The notes: generated by a model not told the origin, from the letters alone. Shown: positions 1 through 13,680, counted from the stretch's first letter. The stretch: DNA of 64,000 bases from Octopus sinensis (GCF_006345805.1 NC_043008.1:5704001-5768000), one strand, 5' to 3'. Program-made: numbers and translations.

Positions 1-11
1 TGTAGTGTATA

Positions 12-43
<32 letters not shown>

Positions 44-271
44 AATGTATATTTATATGTGTGTATGTACATACACCACGCACACATATTTATAAATTCT
101 CTCTCTCCTCTCTCTCTCTATATATATATGAGTATATGTATATACATACATACATATATACACATACATACATATATACATACATTATATATACATACAT
201 ATATATATATATGTTTATATATATATATATAAATATATATATATACAATATATATATATATATCTATATAT

Positions 272-303
<32 letters not shown>

Positions 304-305
304 CG
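1..305. repeat. Compound (TA)n/(CATA)n microsatellite
   Basis: Direct reading; source of the YIYI-type ORFs at 5-324. Confidence 0.95.
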
Positions 306-777
306 CTTACTTCTGATGAAATAATTATGCGTATGTATATGTGTGTGTTTATGTAATATTGAATTTCCTAATTATAAAAATGCAAAAAAGATAACCAGAT
401 ATAGTATTAACAAAACAAAAAGACCAAATGACAGTTTGAATAGAAGCACAAGAGAAACGTCTTTATATACGAAAATTATCAGGTTTTAAAGACGAACGCT
501 GTAGGCTTAAGAATACCCTATCGAAGATGCCATTCAAAAATACACCGAAATAAAAAAAAACATAAGCAACAACCAGTTATTTAGAAATAATGAAACAGTC
601 TATGAATAGCATATGATAGCGTAAATGCTGCAAATGATCGACAATTTAAAGAAGCTAACGTTGATAATGCTAGTAATACTCATAAAAGATTTATCTACCC
701 AGGAAGATATCAATAACAGTAATACGTAATAAATATAATAAATGAACATTTCTTCTACCTTGTTTTAATTTTTACAT

Positions 778-831
778 TCACAGAGAAATTTTTACTTTCA
801 CAGAGAAATTTTTACTTTCATAGAGAAATTT
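778..831. repeat. 20-bp tandem repeat, ~2.7 copies
   Basis: tcacagagaaatttttactt twice plus tcatagagaaattt. Confidence 0.85.
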
Positions 832-2990
832 ATATATCTGCCTTTCAATTTTTTAAATTGAGGCTATTCTTCTAAGCTGAATTTTCAGTCGGTTTCTCAA
901 AACGACACGAGATAATTCCTTGGAAATATCTAAGTGCGTTTTAAACTCTTCCAGCTGTGTTTATCACAGTGTTTTGGGGGTTGACACAAAAGGAATATAA
1001 GAAGTATAAGATATCCTTATTATAGTTTAACAATAAGAAATAAGGAATATATCGAAAGTTCATTTTCGATTCATCATATGTTTATTTTTGAAAGCTTGTA
1101 GAAAGTGACGGTGCAAAGGAAAAACAATAAAGGAATATCAGAAAGTTCTGTTCATAGTAATGACTGGATTGCACAGCTTTCATGGCTGTGCATAGATGAA
1201 AGAGATGCATAGATGAAAGCTGCGTTCTGTTCCCTTTTTATCATTTGCCAGTCTTTCTCAGTCTCTGACAGCCTATTTGTCGTTCGCTCCCCTCTTCTGC
1301 ACTGTCTCTCTGCCTCACTAAAGCTTGACTCTCCTTTTATAAGCTAAGTTAGCTTAATCAAAGCTTGACTAATTAGAAGTCAATAACTGTTAATGACTCA
1401 GTATTTTTACTGATGTCAGTCAAATAAATTTGACGCGTAGTTGCTGAATTTGATTAGGATTTGCAGGGCGACGTCACTCAATTTGAAAGATCCAGTTTTT
1501 GTTTATGAAAGTTTTCCTAACTGAAAAATCCCAGCCAGAGTTCAAATTGAGGCAGAAACTTTTTATAATACTCAGAGGTTTTGTATGCAGCAACAAGCGA
1601 AATCAAGATGCAAAAGTTGACGTGTTCTGCAGAGAAATTGCGGTTAGACATCAAATGGGAAAACTTTAAAGTGGTTCGTAACTTGCACACGAAATGTGGA
1701 AAAATATGAGTTGAAAGTCAGATATAGTTCAAGGCCAGAAATATAGATCTTATGTGCCAGTTGAGAGATTCTGAACTACTGTATGCAGGTTCGAAATTTC
1801 CCCAAGACGCCTGATATCCGTCAATTGTAAATAATGTATTGTACGCATGAAACCGAGTGCGTATCCAAGTGAGTCTAATGAACAATAAATATATATATTA
1901 ATATATATATATATATTAAAATATATATATTAAAATATATATATTAAAATGAAGGCAACTAAAATGTTGCAAAGAGACACATCTGTTCAAGGCGCACTGG
2001 ATAAACTATTTATTCCTTTTTGAAATTCACTCTTTTAGCTTCTGACAGGAAAATAAAAATATTCTATACCTACACAGAAAAGCAGAACATATTTTACGGA
2101 TTAAAAAAATATATTGATTAGGAAATTCTTTTACAATAATCATTAAACGAGTTCGGAATTTTAAAAAAATGTACGTTCTAGGAAAATGTAAGAACAAAAT
2201 GATCTTATAGGTTTGATATATCTTAATAAAATTCAATTGAACTTTCTTCTGAATTGCTTGGGTATGACAATTATGAAGAAAACACAATTCCCATGCCAAC
2301 TGAAGAGTGTCAGCATAATTTTAAAATGAATAATGGTAAGTATAGTGAATTCCTATGGTTATATTCATTTTAAGTAATAAAACAAGACAAGGCCAAGTAT
2401 GGCTGGTACTTACTTAAAGCAGCTGTTTCACAACATTGTTAGATACACTGATTGATAATTATAAGATACATTCGTGTTCATACATTCTTAAGTTTTCAAA
2501 AATCTTCGAAACCATTTTATATTTATAACAGAATGGATTGTAAACTTTGTAAATTAAATACAGATTCACTGGAATATACTCTTGGAAATAATTATGCTTT
2601 CACAGACAATAGACATATTTTCAGTTACAGGCGAGATAATGCTCGGTAGCAGCAGCTACACTTTCCATTCACAGTGGCAAATAATAGAGTCAAACGGCTT
2701 TATGTAAGGAAGTCATCCACTTGAAGCAATTTCGTTTTACATAGCACAGTTTTCTTAATTAGATATTTTCGTGGCTATATACGTCTTTCCACTTACCTGA
2801 TCATTAATTACTGGTTTGATAGGAAATCGTAAATATAATGATTACGATGGTAATAAATCATTGAAAGTGTTTTCATTGTGGGCTACACGTTTTCTATGTA
2901 TTATGACAAGACTGTTTGTGGCAAAAATTTCGCATTATATAAGCAAATATATAACTAGCTTGGCAACTGGAGATAAGGTTGGATAAACTG

Positions 2991-3031
2991 TCGTACTAAT
3001 GACGCCTATTGAGCCAGAAACACGTGTCCAT
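2991..3031 (+). ncRNA. Degenerate minimal hammerhead-ribozyme-like motif (Penelope-type)
   Basis: CTAATGA (CUGAUGA variant), decayed stem II, GAAAC-ACGT-GTC with palindromic stem III. Confidence 0.4.
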
Positions 3032-3038
3032 GACTATT

Positions 3039-3365
3039 CTCGACCCCGAAAGGATGAAAGGCAAAGTTGACCTCGGCGGAATTTGAACTCAGAACGTAGG
3101 GGCAGATGAAATACCTATTTCTTTACTACCCACAACGGGCTAAACACGGGGAGGACAAACAAGGACGAACAAACAGATTAAGTCGATTATATTGACCCCA
3201 GTGCGTAACTGGTACTTATTTAATCGACCCCGAAAGGATGAAAGGCAAAGTTGACCACGGCGGAATTTGAACTCAGAACGTAAAGACAGACGAAATACCC
3301 ATTTCTTTATTACCCACAAGGGGCTAAGCACAGAGAGGGTAAACAAGGACAGGCAAACGGATTAA
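3039..3365 (-). mobile_element. SINE family B, headless permuted ~1.8-mer with 13-bp TSD
   Basis: Two core+tail units joined at aagaaat(a/g)ggtatttc; flanked by gtccatgactatt at 3026-3038 and 3366-3378. Confidence 0.88.
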
Positions 3366-3949
3366 GTCCATGACTATTAATGGCAACTCTGGAATGTTCT
3401 CGAATTTTTAGATTATAAGCCTTTCTCAAGTGGAGCTGTTCTTAATTACTATTTTGTTATTACGATATGTCGTCTAGAAGCGGAGATAATATTGATAAAT
3501 CAATAATTCACGATGGTGTTTGTATACATCAATAATCCATGGGGTATTTGTTTATGTTGTTCAAATACATACCACTGGTCACAATGAATTATTTCTCTTG
3601 GCTCATTTGAATCCATAGTATGACTCTATAGACCATAGCCTATGTGATGCAGAATTCACTAATGGGCCGTGGGTAGGAACAATTTTTACGACTAAATTAA
3701 TTAAAATCTAACCGAAACGGCTGTCGTGAAATTTAAACGCCATTTATGTTTATTTTTTTATACCTCCGCCTCACCAAGGCTCCACTGGTGTACCGGATCT
3801 ATGATTAAAAATTGGATTTGGTACTTCCATATCTACGGTATCCTGCCAACACTTGAAAAGCCCAATGTGATTGTACGTAGCCATTTCTGGCGTTCTGCAT
3901 GTTGATGCACCTTGATTTCTTAGGAATCCTCATAGCTAAATCATATACA

Positions 3950-4032
3950 AACATACATACATACATACATACATACATGCATAGATAGATAGATAGATAG
4001 ATACATACATACATACATACATACATACATGC

Positions 4033-4067
<35 letters not shown>

Positions 4068-4702
4068 CATACATACATACATACATACATACATGCATAG
4101 ATAGATAGATAGATAGATAGATACATACATACATACATACATACATGCATACATACATACATGCATAGATAGATAGATAGATAGATACATACATACATAC
4201 ATACATATATACATGCATACATACATACATACATACATACATACATACATGCATACATACATACATACATACATACATACATACATACATACATACATAG
4301 ATACATACATACATACATGCATGCATAGATACATACATGCATACATACATACATGCATACATACATACATACATAGATACATACATACATACATGCATGC
4401 ATAGCTACATACATACATACATACATACATACATACATGCATACATAGATACATACATACATACATACATACATACGCACACATACATACATACATATAT
4501 ACGTACGTACATACATACATACATACATACATACATACATACATACATAGACACATACATACATACATACATAGATACATACATACATACATACATACAT
4601 ACATAGATACATACATACATACACACACACATACATACATACATACATACATACATACATACATACATACATACATACATACATACATACATACATACAT
4701 AC
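3950..4702. repeat. ~750-bp (CATA)n/(GATA)n tetranucleotide array
   Basis: Direct reading; produces the MYVC-repeat ORFs. Confidence 0.97.
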
Positions 4703-4862
4703 GTGGTGGTCGACTACTCCTTACGTAGAGTTCGACTACCTCCTGTACCTACACCTTAGAACCATCATGTCATCTGATGTGGCTTTTTAAACCAGACAAT
4801 GTTCTGAAAAGACAACCACATAGATTGCACATCCGATTTGAACCACCAAATCCGTTAAGTTC

Positions 4863-4994
4863 TGATCCCAGGACTTATTGGAAGCCTAGTACTTATTCTA
4901 TCGGTCTCTTTTGCCGAACCGCTAAGTTACGGGGACGTAAACACACCATCGGTTGTCAAGCGATGTTGGGGGAAAACACAGACACACACACATA

Positions 4995-5025
<31 letters not shown>

Positions 5026-5189
5026 TACGACGGGTTTCTTTCAGTTTCCGTCTACCAAATCCACTCACAAGCCTTTGGTCGGTCCGATGCTATAGTAGAA
5101 GACACTTGTCCAAGGTGCCCCGCAGTAGAAATGAACCCAGAACCATGTGATTGGTAAGCAAGCTACTTACCACACAGCCACTCCTGCAC
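4863..5189 (-). mobile_element. tRNA-derived SINE family A (octopus OK/OR-like), 3'-truncated
   Basis: Reverse strand reads gcaggagtggctgtgtggtaagtagcttgcttacc...ccttggacaagtgtcttctactatagc...gtgagtggatttggtagacggaaactgaaagaa; matches copies at 17560, 34968 and 49620. Confidence 0.9.
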
Positions 5190-5869
5190 ATTGTATACTT
5201 TTAAGAATACAACAATGCTATTTCGTTATAGTCACTGTAACTATGTAAGCATCCTCTTTAATACTCACCAAGTACCTTAGTGTTTATGCAGATATATCCG
5301 ACCTATAATAAAACGTCTGTAGAATAATAAAGCAAAAACGAAAGTGAAAGTAAATTGTTAAATCCAGTTACGTTGGGGGTTTGATTGATTAATATATCTT
5401 CTGCACACACTTTTATTAACTGTGAAATATAGGTATCTACTTTTATGTACACCAGAAGTACTGGGAATTATGGAAGCTGCTCCAAATTCTCTGATTAATA
5501 AGCAACATGAGATTGTTATTAAATGCCAACATTTAAATTTTTTATCTTTTAGAATTATCATAAAGGAAAAAATAAAAGTTGTTTTACTATTCATGAAATG
5601 AAAGATACTTAGATAAGAATGTTAGGTCTCCGCTTTATGACTAAATAATTTCTCATTTTATCTTGTATTATTATAATCTTTCATTGTAATTTACTTCAAC
5701 TATTATTTTAATACAATATTTTATATTCTATTTTATTTATTTTATATTTTTAATAATGTTACTATTAATTATACTAAGTATATTTTCATATACGTCTGAA
5801 TTTCTTTTTATCTGTGTACGAATGTGAGGGCGACTATATAAGTGTGCCAGCGTACTGATATATCTTCGT

Positions 5870-5912
5870 ATGTATATGTGTGCATATACATTCATTAATG
5901 CACACGAATGTG

Positions 5913-5961
<49 letters not shown>

Positions 5962-5983
5962 GTGCATGTGTGTGTATATATGC

Positions 5984-6019
<36 letters not shown>

Positions 6020-6355
6020 CATGTGTGTGTATATATGTGTGTGTGTATATATATATATACATGTACATATATATGTATATATATATGCGTGCAAGTGTGT
6101 GTATATATGTATATGTGTGCGTGTGTGTATGTGTATGTGTGTGTGTGCATGTGTGTGTATGTGTGTGTGAATATGCGTGTAAGTGTATATGTATGTATAT
6201 GTATGTATGTATGTATATATATGTATATTATTTTGTATATATGTATACATGTGTGTTTATGTGAATATATGTGTACGTGTGTATATATATATTTATGCAT
6301 CTATATATGCTTGTAAATATGTATGTACATGTATAAATGTATTATATATATATAT

Positions 6356-6394
<39 letters not shown>

Positions 6395-6434
6395 TATATA
6401 TACACATACACACATATATATATATATATATATA

Positions 6435-6476
<42 letters not shown>

Positions 6477-6670
6477 GCATATATATATATGATGTTTGCA
6501 TATCTATATATCTATATATGTTTGCATATATGTACGAGCGTGTCTATGTATGTGCGTGTGTATGTGTACATAGATTTACGACTGCATGTAATTTTGTTCG
6601 TAAGCATCAATATATTAGCGTCTATATATGTGTGTGTGTGTACGTGTGTGTGTGTACGTGTATGCGTGTG
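5870..6670. repeat. Degenerate (TA)n/(TG)n/(TATG)n low-complexity tract
   Basis: Direct reading. Confidence 0.9.
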
Positions 6671-6968
6671 TATTTATGTGGAAACACACATTCACATATC
6701 TTTAAGAATAAGATATTTATTTATTTAAATATAAATATATTTATCAGTATGCTTTTTATGTTATTTTTTTTGTCTCTAAATTCAGAATATATATATCTGT
6801 CTGTTAATTTGCTTTCTATGTCTGTCCGTTTGTCTGTCTGTGTGTCTGAGTAGAGTTAATTATTTGAATTTAGAAAATATTGCTCGAAGCTCAACCTCAA
6901 CTACTCATTCAACTTCTGTATATTTAAACTAAAAATGAAATTTCTTGTAGTTTCCTATACTCTGCAAC

Positions 6969-7019
<51 letters not shown>

Positions 7020-7111
7020 TATTATTATTATTAATATCATCATCATCATCATTATTATTATTATTATTATTATTGTTATTATTATTATCATCATCATCAT
7101 CATCATCATCA

Positions 7112-7176
<65 letters not shown>

Positions 7177-7196
7177 TTTATTATTGTTATTATTAT

Positions 7197-7431
7197 TTTA
7201 TGTCGTACTTTCACTTCACTACCGAGCGCAGCTCTGTGTGCCTTGGGTATGTGCTGTGATTTGTTGTGATGCTCTGATGGTCACTGTATTGAATGTGTTT
7301 TGCGTAGGATGAGTGCGGTGCCCAGTAGTGCAATTTTCTGTATGGTGTATATATTTGTAAGTCCTGGTGTTTTTGTTATGTATTTGTCTGAATATTTTTT
7401 ATCATGCCTAATGCGCCTACTATGATAGGAA

Positions 7432-7433
<2 letters not shown>
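7197..7433 (-). mobile_element. R4/Dong-type (RLE) LINE 3' end
   Basis: Minus-strand translation IPIIVGALGMIK...YITKTPGLTNIYTIQKIALLGTALILRK, then a 3' UTR running into (TAA)n. Confidence 0.85.
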
Positions 7434-7506
<73 letters not shown>

Positions 7507-7523
7507 CAGTAGTTTTATTTTTA

Positions 7524-7590
7524 TAACGTGTTTTCACTTCACTACCGAGCGCAGCTCTGTGTGCCTTGGGTATGTGTGGTGATTTGTTGT
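7524..7590 (-). mobile_element. Second, shorter 3'-UTR copy of the same Dong-type LINE
   Basis: tttcacttcactaccgagcgcagctctgtgtgccttgggtatgtg identical to ~7209-7253. Confidence 0.85.
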
Positions 7591-7630
7591 TGTTGTTATT
7601 ATTATTATATTATTATTATTATTATTATTA

Positions 7631-7691
<61 letters not shown>

Positions 7692-7771
7692 CATTATTAT
7701 TATTATTATTATTATTATTTTATATTATTATATTATTATTGTTATTATTATTATTATTATCATTATTATTA

Positions 7772-7811
<40 letters not shown>

Positions 7812-7844
7812 CATTATTATTATTATTATTATGTTATTATCATA

Positions 7845-7932
<88 letters not shown>

Positions 7933-7982
7933 GTTATTATTCATATATGCACAGAAGATTAGACGGTTGAGAAACAAACATT

Positions 7983-8131
7983 TCTAACATCGGGCTACAT
8001 CAAACAACCTTAAATGACAAGAACCCTCCTAAGTATCCTAGCTGTCCCTAATAACACTGCTTTCTGGAGCTGAACTAAACTGGCTTTTATGCCTATTTCC
8101 TCTACCCATCTGTTCAGATCTTTAGGGCTAG
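7983..8131 (-). mobile_element. R4/Dong-type LINE 3' end (different family)
   Basis: Minus translation PKDLNRWVEEIGIKASLVQLQKAVLLGTARILRRVLVI*. Confidence 0.8.
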
Positions 8132-8189
8132 TTTATATTTATCATTTTTAGATAAACGGAAGATTTTGTACAGAAGAATTGCGACTCTA

Positions 8190-8554
8190 CAGAGTAAAGT
8201 CTCCAGATATAGGATAAATTTATTTTTTTATAAGAGACAGTTTATAAGATCCCCGTAGATCCCCTGGTCTGACCCCTCTTGCTTTCTATCTTTAGGGGAA
8301 TTTGAAAGGCATGGTGTATCGCGATAAGATAAAAGACATAAATGATTTGAAGGAACGCATCACCAACTCCTTTGCACACGTATCACCAGATGTGCTCTTA
8401 CGAGTTCACAAAGAGTTGGGTAAACGTATTGCAATGTGTATTCAAAACAATGGTAACCATATAGAACCTGTTAGATAAAAAAAACTGTTCTTATGAACTG
8501 CTTCTTATAAAAAGATAAAGTGTTCCTATATATGGCGACTTTTGAATCACCCTG
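8190..8554 (+). mobile_element. Internally deleted Tc1/mariner element with both TIRs and TA TSD
   Basis: Left TA|cagagtaaagtctccagatatagga matches reverse complement of right tcctatatatggcgacttttgaatcaccctg|TA; internal PRSP-LTPLAFYL*GNLKGMVYRDKIKDINDLKERITNSF...MCIQNNGNHIE (WPPRSPDL-type C-terminus). Confidence 0.85.
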
Positions 8555-8990
8555 TATTTATAACTGCCAAACTCCAGCCAGATACCAGACCCTTAGAAGC
8601 CAGATCCGAGAACTTTAAATGGTCTGTTACATATTTTATCTTCTTGTCAAAGACTCTGTTACTTGATCGAGATAGATTCATGTAAACTATTTTTTTCTTC
8701 TTATCATTATATATATATATATATATATAAAACAAAAAAAAACTTTATTACCTGATCTGAATGTTTTTGTGTAAACTGTCTCTCAATTCATCACAGAGGA
8801 TACACAAAGCCTCAAAACTTTTCTTATCATCGTCAGACTCCATCATTTGATTTGAATACATTTTTGTAAAACTAAATTTTTGACGCCACAAAACCTCACA
8901 CTTTACTTTTGAAAATCTTTTTCAATAAGTGAAACCGGCAAAGTTAATAAATGCTTTTAAAAGAATCCTGCATTTTCAGATTCTTTTCCT

Positions 8991-9057
<67 letters not shown>

Positions 9058-9595
9058 GCGCGCACACACACACACGCGCGCACACACACAGAGAGACACA
9101 CACACACACGCAAATCTTTAAATACAAATGTAATCACATATGTACATAGAATTAGATATGTGTCAGTGAGTGTGTGTATAATGTGTACACACACACACAC
9201 AACAACAACAACAACAACAACAACAACTTATTTACGCCATTATTTAATTCGTCAGCCGTCACTTTACATGAGGCTAATTCTATATTCTTCAAGTATTACT
9301 ATAAAATTGGTTGCGTGTGCGTTTATTATATAAGCATCTAATAAATATTAACTTTCTATATAGTTTAAGGTTCGCTGGCAAAATCGATGAATCCCTGTTA
9401 TCTCTCTGTTATCCATTCAGTCAATTTACATGGCGTTAGATGGGCAATAATTTCGTTATCGGATTCCAGTAAGGTTCGTTTGGCGGTCTGTCTGTCTGTA
9501 TGTCGGTCGGTCGGTCCAGTCTGTCATTGTTTCAACATTAGACGTCCACTTCAACTATAAAAAAACCCAAACCATGCCCTTTTACTATCCTAAAA

Positions 9596-9616
9596 CTACT
9601 ACTACAGCTACTGCTG

Positions 9617-9663
<47 letters not shown>

Positions 9664-9702
9664 GTTGCTGCTGCTGTGCTACTGCCACTACTGCTGCTGC
9701 TG

Positions 9703-9750
<48 letters not shown>
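9596..9750. repeat. (CTA)n/(CTG)n microsatellite
   Basis: Direct reading. Confidence 0.95.
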
Positions 9751-10170
9751 GTTGATGTAGGCCTCCGTGTTGATTCTGAGGCCGTGTGGGAAGATGAATG
9801 GAGGCATAACGTCGCCACCACTAGTGATGACACCAAACACCATGATGTTGACTGGCTGTTTGATTTTTATCACTCTCGGTCTATGTCCTCAGATTTCCCT
9901 GTCCTCAGACGGACACTCAAACACTCTGAAATGCTGTACTGCTTGGCATTCGCGTCGGAACCTCCAGCAAAGCTTTCGGCGCGAATGCCAAGTAGTACAG
10001 CATGTTTTTTTCCAAATTTCTGGTAGAGTGAATTGTGTCACGGTGCTGTTCTCACAGACGGTGCCCAATTGAGCCTACTATACTATGTAGTCGACATAAC
10101 AAAAAAATAAACAATGTGCATGCGCGAAATTAAAAGTATAAAATGGCAACAATTTACCCATGGCACCCTG
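9751..10170 (-). mobile_element. Tc1/mariner remnant (5' TIR plus internally deleted transposase)
   Basis: TA|cagggtgccatgggtaaattg TIR start at 10170; minus translation TQFTLPEIWK-HAVLLGIRA...ISECL...KQPVNIMVFGVITSGGDVMPPFIFPHGLRINTEAYI. Confidence 0.8.
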
Positions 10171-10452
10171 TATATATAGCCGTCTCTGGTAAATATATCC
10201 CCTTTGCCACCAACGCCTCAAGCCAACTTCTTCCTCTTTTGGTCACTTCGACAATGAGTGACCGTCTACATCACACACGTTTGTTCTATTCTCTATTCTC
10301 TGAAGAAATATTAAAAACTTCTTCCAACTATCCAGACCCTAAAACACCCGGTTGTTATTTCTACCTATCTTTGTATTATATTTTGTCTCATATAGTATGT
10401 ATGTATATATATCTAGATATATATATATATATATATATCGATAATATAATCT

Positions 10453-10494
<42 letters not shown>

Positions 10495-10499
10495 ATATA

Positions 10500-10921
10500 T
10501 TTATTTTATCTAGTTTCAGCTCACGAGCTGTGGCCATGCTGGGGCACCGCCATTTGGTGTTGCTACATGATTTTACTTCACGAATGCTTTTTAGCAACTG
10601 CCATTTGGTGCATGAGAGAGTTCGATGCAGCTGCGCTCATCTGCACCTCCTTCCGTGAAGTTGGTTCATCCGGGACACCTGACAGGAAGAGATCCAGTCC
10701 TACTTTAAAGACATCCGCATCCACCCCATGCAGGTCCCTCAGGTTCTTCGGGAGGATATTGAAGAGCTGTGGGCCTCTGAAGCCCAGGCTATCACAGTAT
10801 CTTGTCCTACATCTTGATGGCAAATTTGGAGTCTTTGGCACCACGCAGTGGCGCCCAGTTCTGGCATTTGTGTAACTCTCGATGCCAAAGTTTGGGACAA
10901 GTCCTTCCAGGATCTTCCATA
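10500..10921 (-). mobile_element. 5'-truncated CR1-group-like LINE 3' end (ORF2 C-terminus + 3' UTR)
   Basis: WKILEGLVPNFG...RGPQLFNILPKNLRDL...VFKVGLDLFLSGVPDEP...AAASNSL; 3' UTR ends ggcggtgccccagcatggccacagctcgtgagctgaaactagataaaata; clade name from motif recall. Confidence 0.8.
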
Positions 10922-11258
<337 letters not shown>

Positions 11259-11949
11259 AAATCAGTTAGTCTGGATCTTACCGATGCTGGTTATTAGCTC
11301 GGTAGTCTCCAGCATTTACCCGGCTGGCAGTGTGTACCGTGGGAATACTGATAAATTGATGTCCTCATTTCATCATCCAATCGCAAGATTAATTAAAATA
11401 ATCACATTTGCTTAAATATACTAGGAACTTCGCAACTCGAATCCCTGTTGCAGCATTAGCTACAAAGTCACGCAGTAAAGTGATAAAGTAAATGAAGATG
11501 AATAGACAATGGCAGCACAATACATGAAACGAATGTTTCATTAGTAAGTATTACGTAAGCGAAAAGCAGCAGCCATTTCTTCGGGCGTTCTGAACCGCCA
11601 GGAGAAAAAGGTGGACGGCCCCATGAGTTTACTTTGATGATATTAATGGTAAGAAGGAACGGAAAAGGAACTCAGTCAAACCAAATATTGTCATTCCAGT
11701 AGCATCAATAGATTCTAAACGAGAATGGGTGTGGTCAATGTCAATCTCCAATTACACGTAGACGCCAGAGCTGTGGAATTGGCGCGTTATTTACAATTAC
11801 GCTGACAACGCACAATATGTTTCCCCGAGAAAGACACTATTTTAATGCCAGTTGAACATGAAATAGCTGCAGGCTCGCAGGAGAAAGATTGAAACCAATA
11901 AAAATGCATATTTATAAAAAAAGTTGTTAGATATAGGTGCAGGCCATGC

Positions 11950-12207
11950 TACTCCAGACTGATGACGAGCGAAGACTCAGAAACCAGTCTCTGATGCAGG
12001 CTTAGCTGGGTGGAGGTGCTTATCTCCCCCTTGTAAACATAAGGACACAAGAACTGTGTCAAGGCCGACAGCAAGCGTTGCTGCTTCCTAGGGCTAAATA
12101 GCAGTGCTGTGATTCCCTTCATGTGACTGTCACATTAAGTTGACAGTATACAACTACTCTATCGTACCACTACTGCTTATATCTCTCTGAGATATTTAGA
12201 AATGTAA
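11950..12207 (+). mobile_element. Penelope-like pseudo-LTR remnant; related copy at 44545-44758
   Basis: gctgggtggaggtgcttatctccc...aaacataaggacaca...gactgtcacattaagttgaca...tctctctgaga.atttagaaatgta shared with 44545-44758; starts with a hammerhead motif. Confidence 0.6.
11955..11993 (+). ncRNA. Minimal type-I hammerhead ribozyme motif (best-preserved core)
   Basis: caga-CTGATGA-cgag(cgaaga)ctca-GAAA-c ca g-TC-tctg: stem I caga/tctg, intact CUGAUGA, GAAA and GUC. Confidence 0.6.
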
Positions 12208-13094
12208 TATATATATATATGCTACATATTATTTACTATTTATTATATATATATATATATTTATACAGATAAAATATATACATACATGTATAAAGGGCAA
12301 TTATGTTCCTTCTGTAGTAGTGTGTTTGGGTTATTAATACTTTACGCAGATCTCGTCACTCCTAGTTACTGGTTAATTATAATCTCTGTTCTTAAGTATT
12401 AGGCTCATAAAGCAAAGTTCATCCATGCATGTTCGAAATTACATTCCAGTAAATATATACCAGACCAATAATGCTTGAGCGGGTCATCTTAAAACGTAAC
12501 ATGGTGAGATACGCATATGTAAAAACCACCTACAGCGCTATATTCTCAGTGAAACCAGACAAGGAGATAATGATGCGGATAAAAATTCCGCCTCAGGTAT
12601 ATTATTTTGTTGCTTTTCTCAATAAAAAATTTTTAGAATAGTTTGGCATGAAAGAGATTATATTTTTGAGAAAATATAAATATGTTTTAACTACTGGTTT
12701 CACTAATAAAAAGTGGAAATAACATATACGAAACCAGAAATTATAAGAAAAATGGTTAAATTGTGAATTCAAGCATGACTTAAAGAAGTTGCAATTGCTT
12801 TATACTTCCAAACCACCAGGACACCGTCCAATGAAATTTTGATGAAAATGGTTGGAGTTGCAACAGAATTACAACTGAAGGTGTTAATTCTTCGATGGAA
12901 TTTATTCCCACAAAAACTTAGGAATTATATTCCATTCTTCGACTTTGTTGGTCTGGATCGGGAATTATGCCCGTGAGAATGTTATCTAAAAGCATTAAAT
13001 ACCACCTACTGATCTGTATAAATAGATAGAGATACATGCATATATATTTGTATCTATATATATGCATGTATGTGTATATATATATATATATTTA

Positions 13095-13680
<586 letters not shown>

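Larger units (their letters stand above)
6967..7940. repeat. (TAA)n/(ATT)n/(ATC)n trinucleotide arrays hosting LINE 3' ends
   Basis: Direct reading; source of the poly-I/L/Y ORFs. Confidence 0.95.

Noticed and set aside
3805-4700. Long 197-254 aa ORFs (MYVC repeats)
   Set aside because: Stop-free translations of (TATG)n/(TATC)n; the same applies to the YIYI, HTHT, poly-I/L/Y/K ORFs throughout.
12530-12990. Possible decayed Helitron Pif1 helicase (PPGTPSNEILMK, FVGLD words)
   Set aside because: Too degenerate to support without a protein search.
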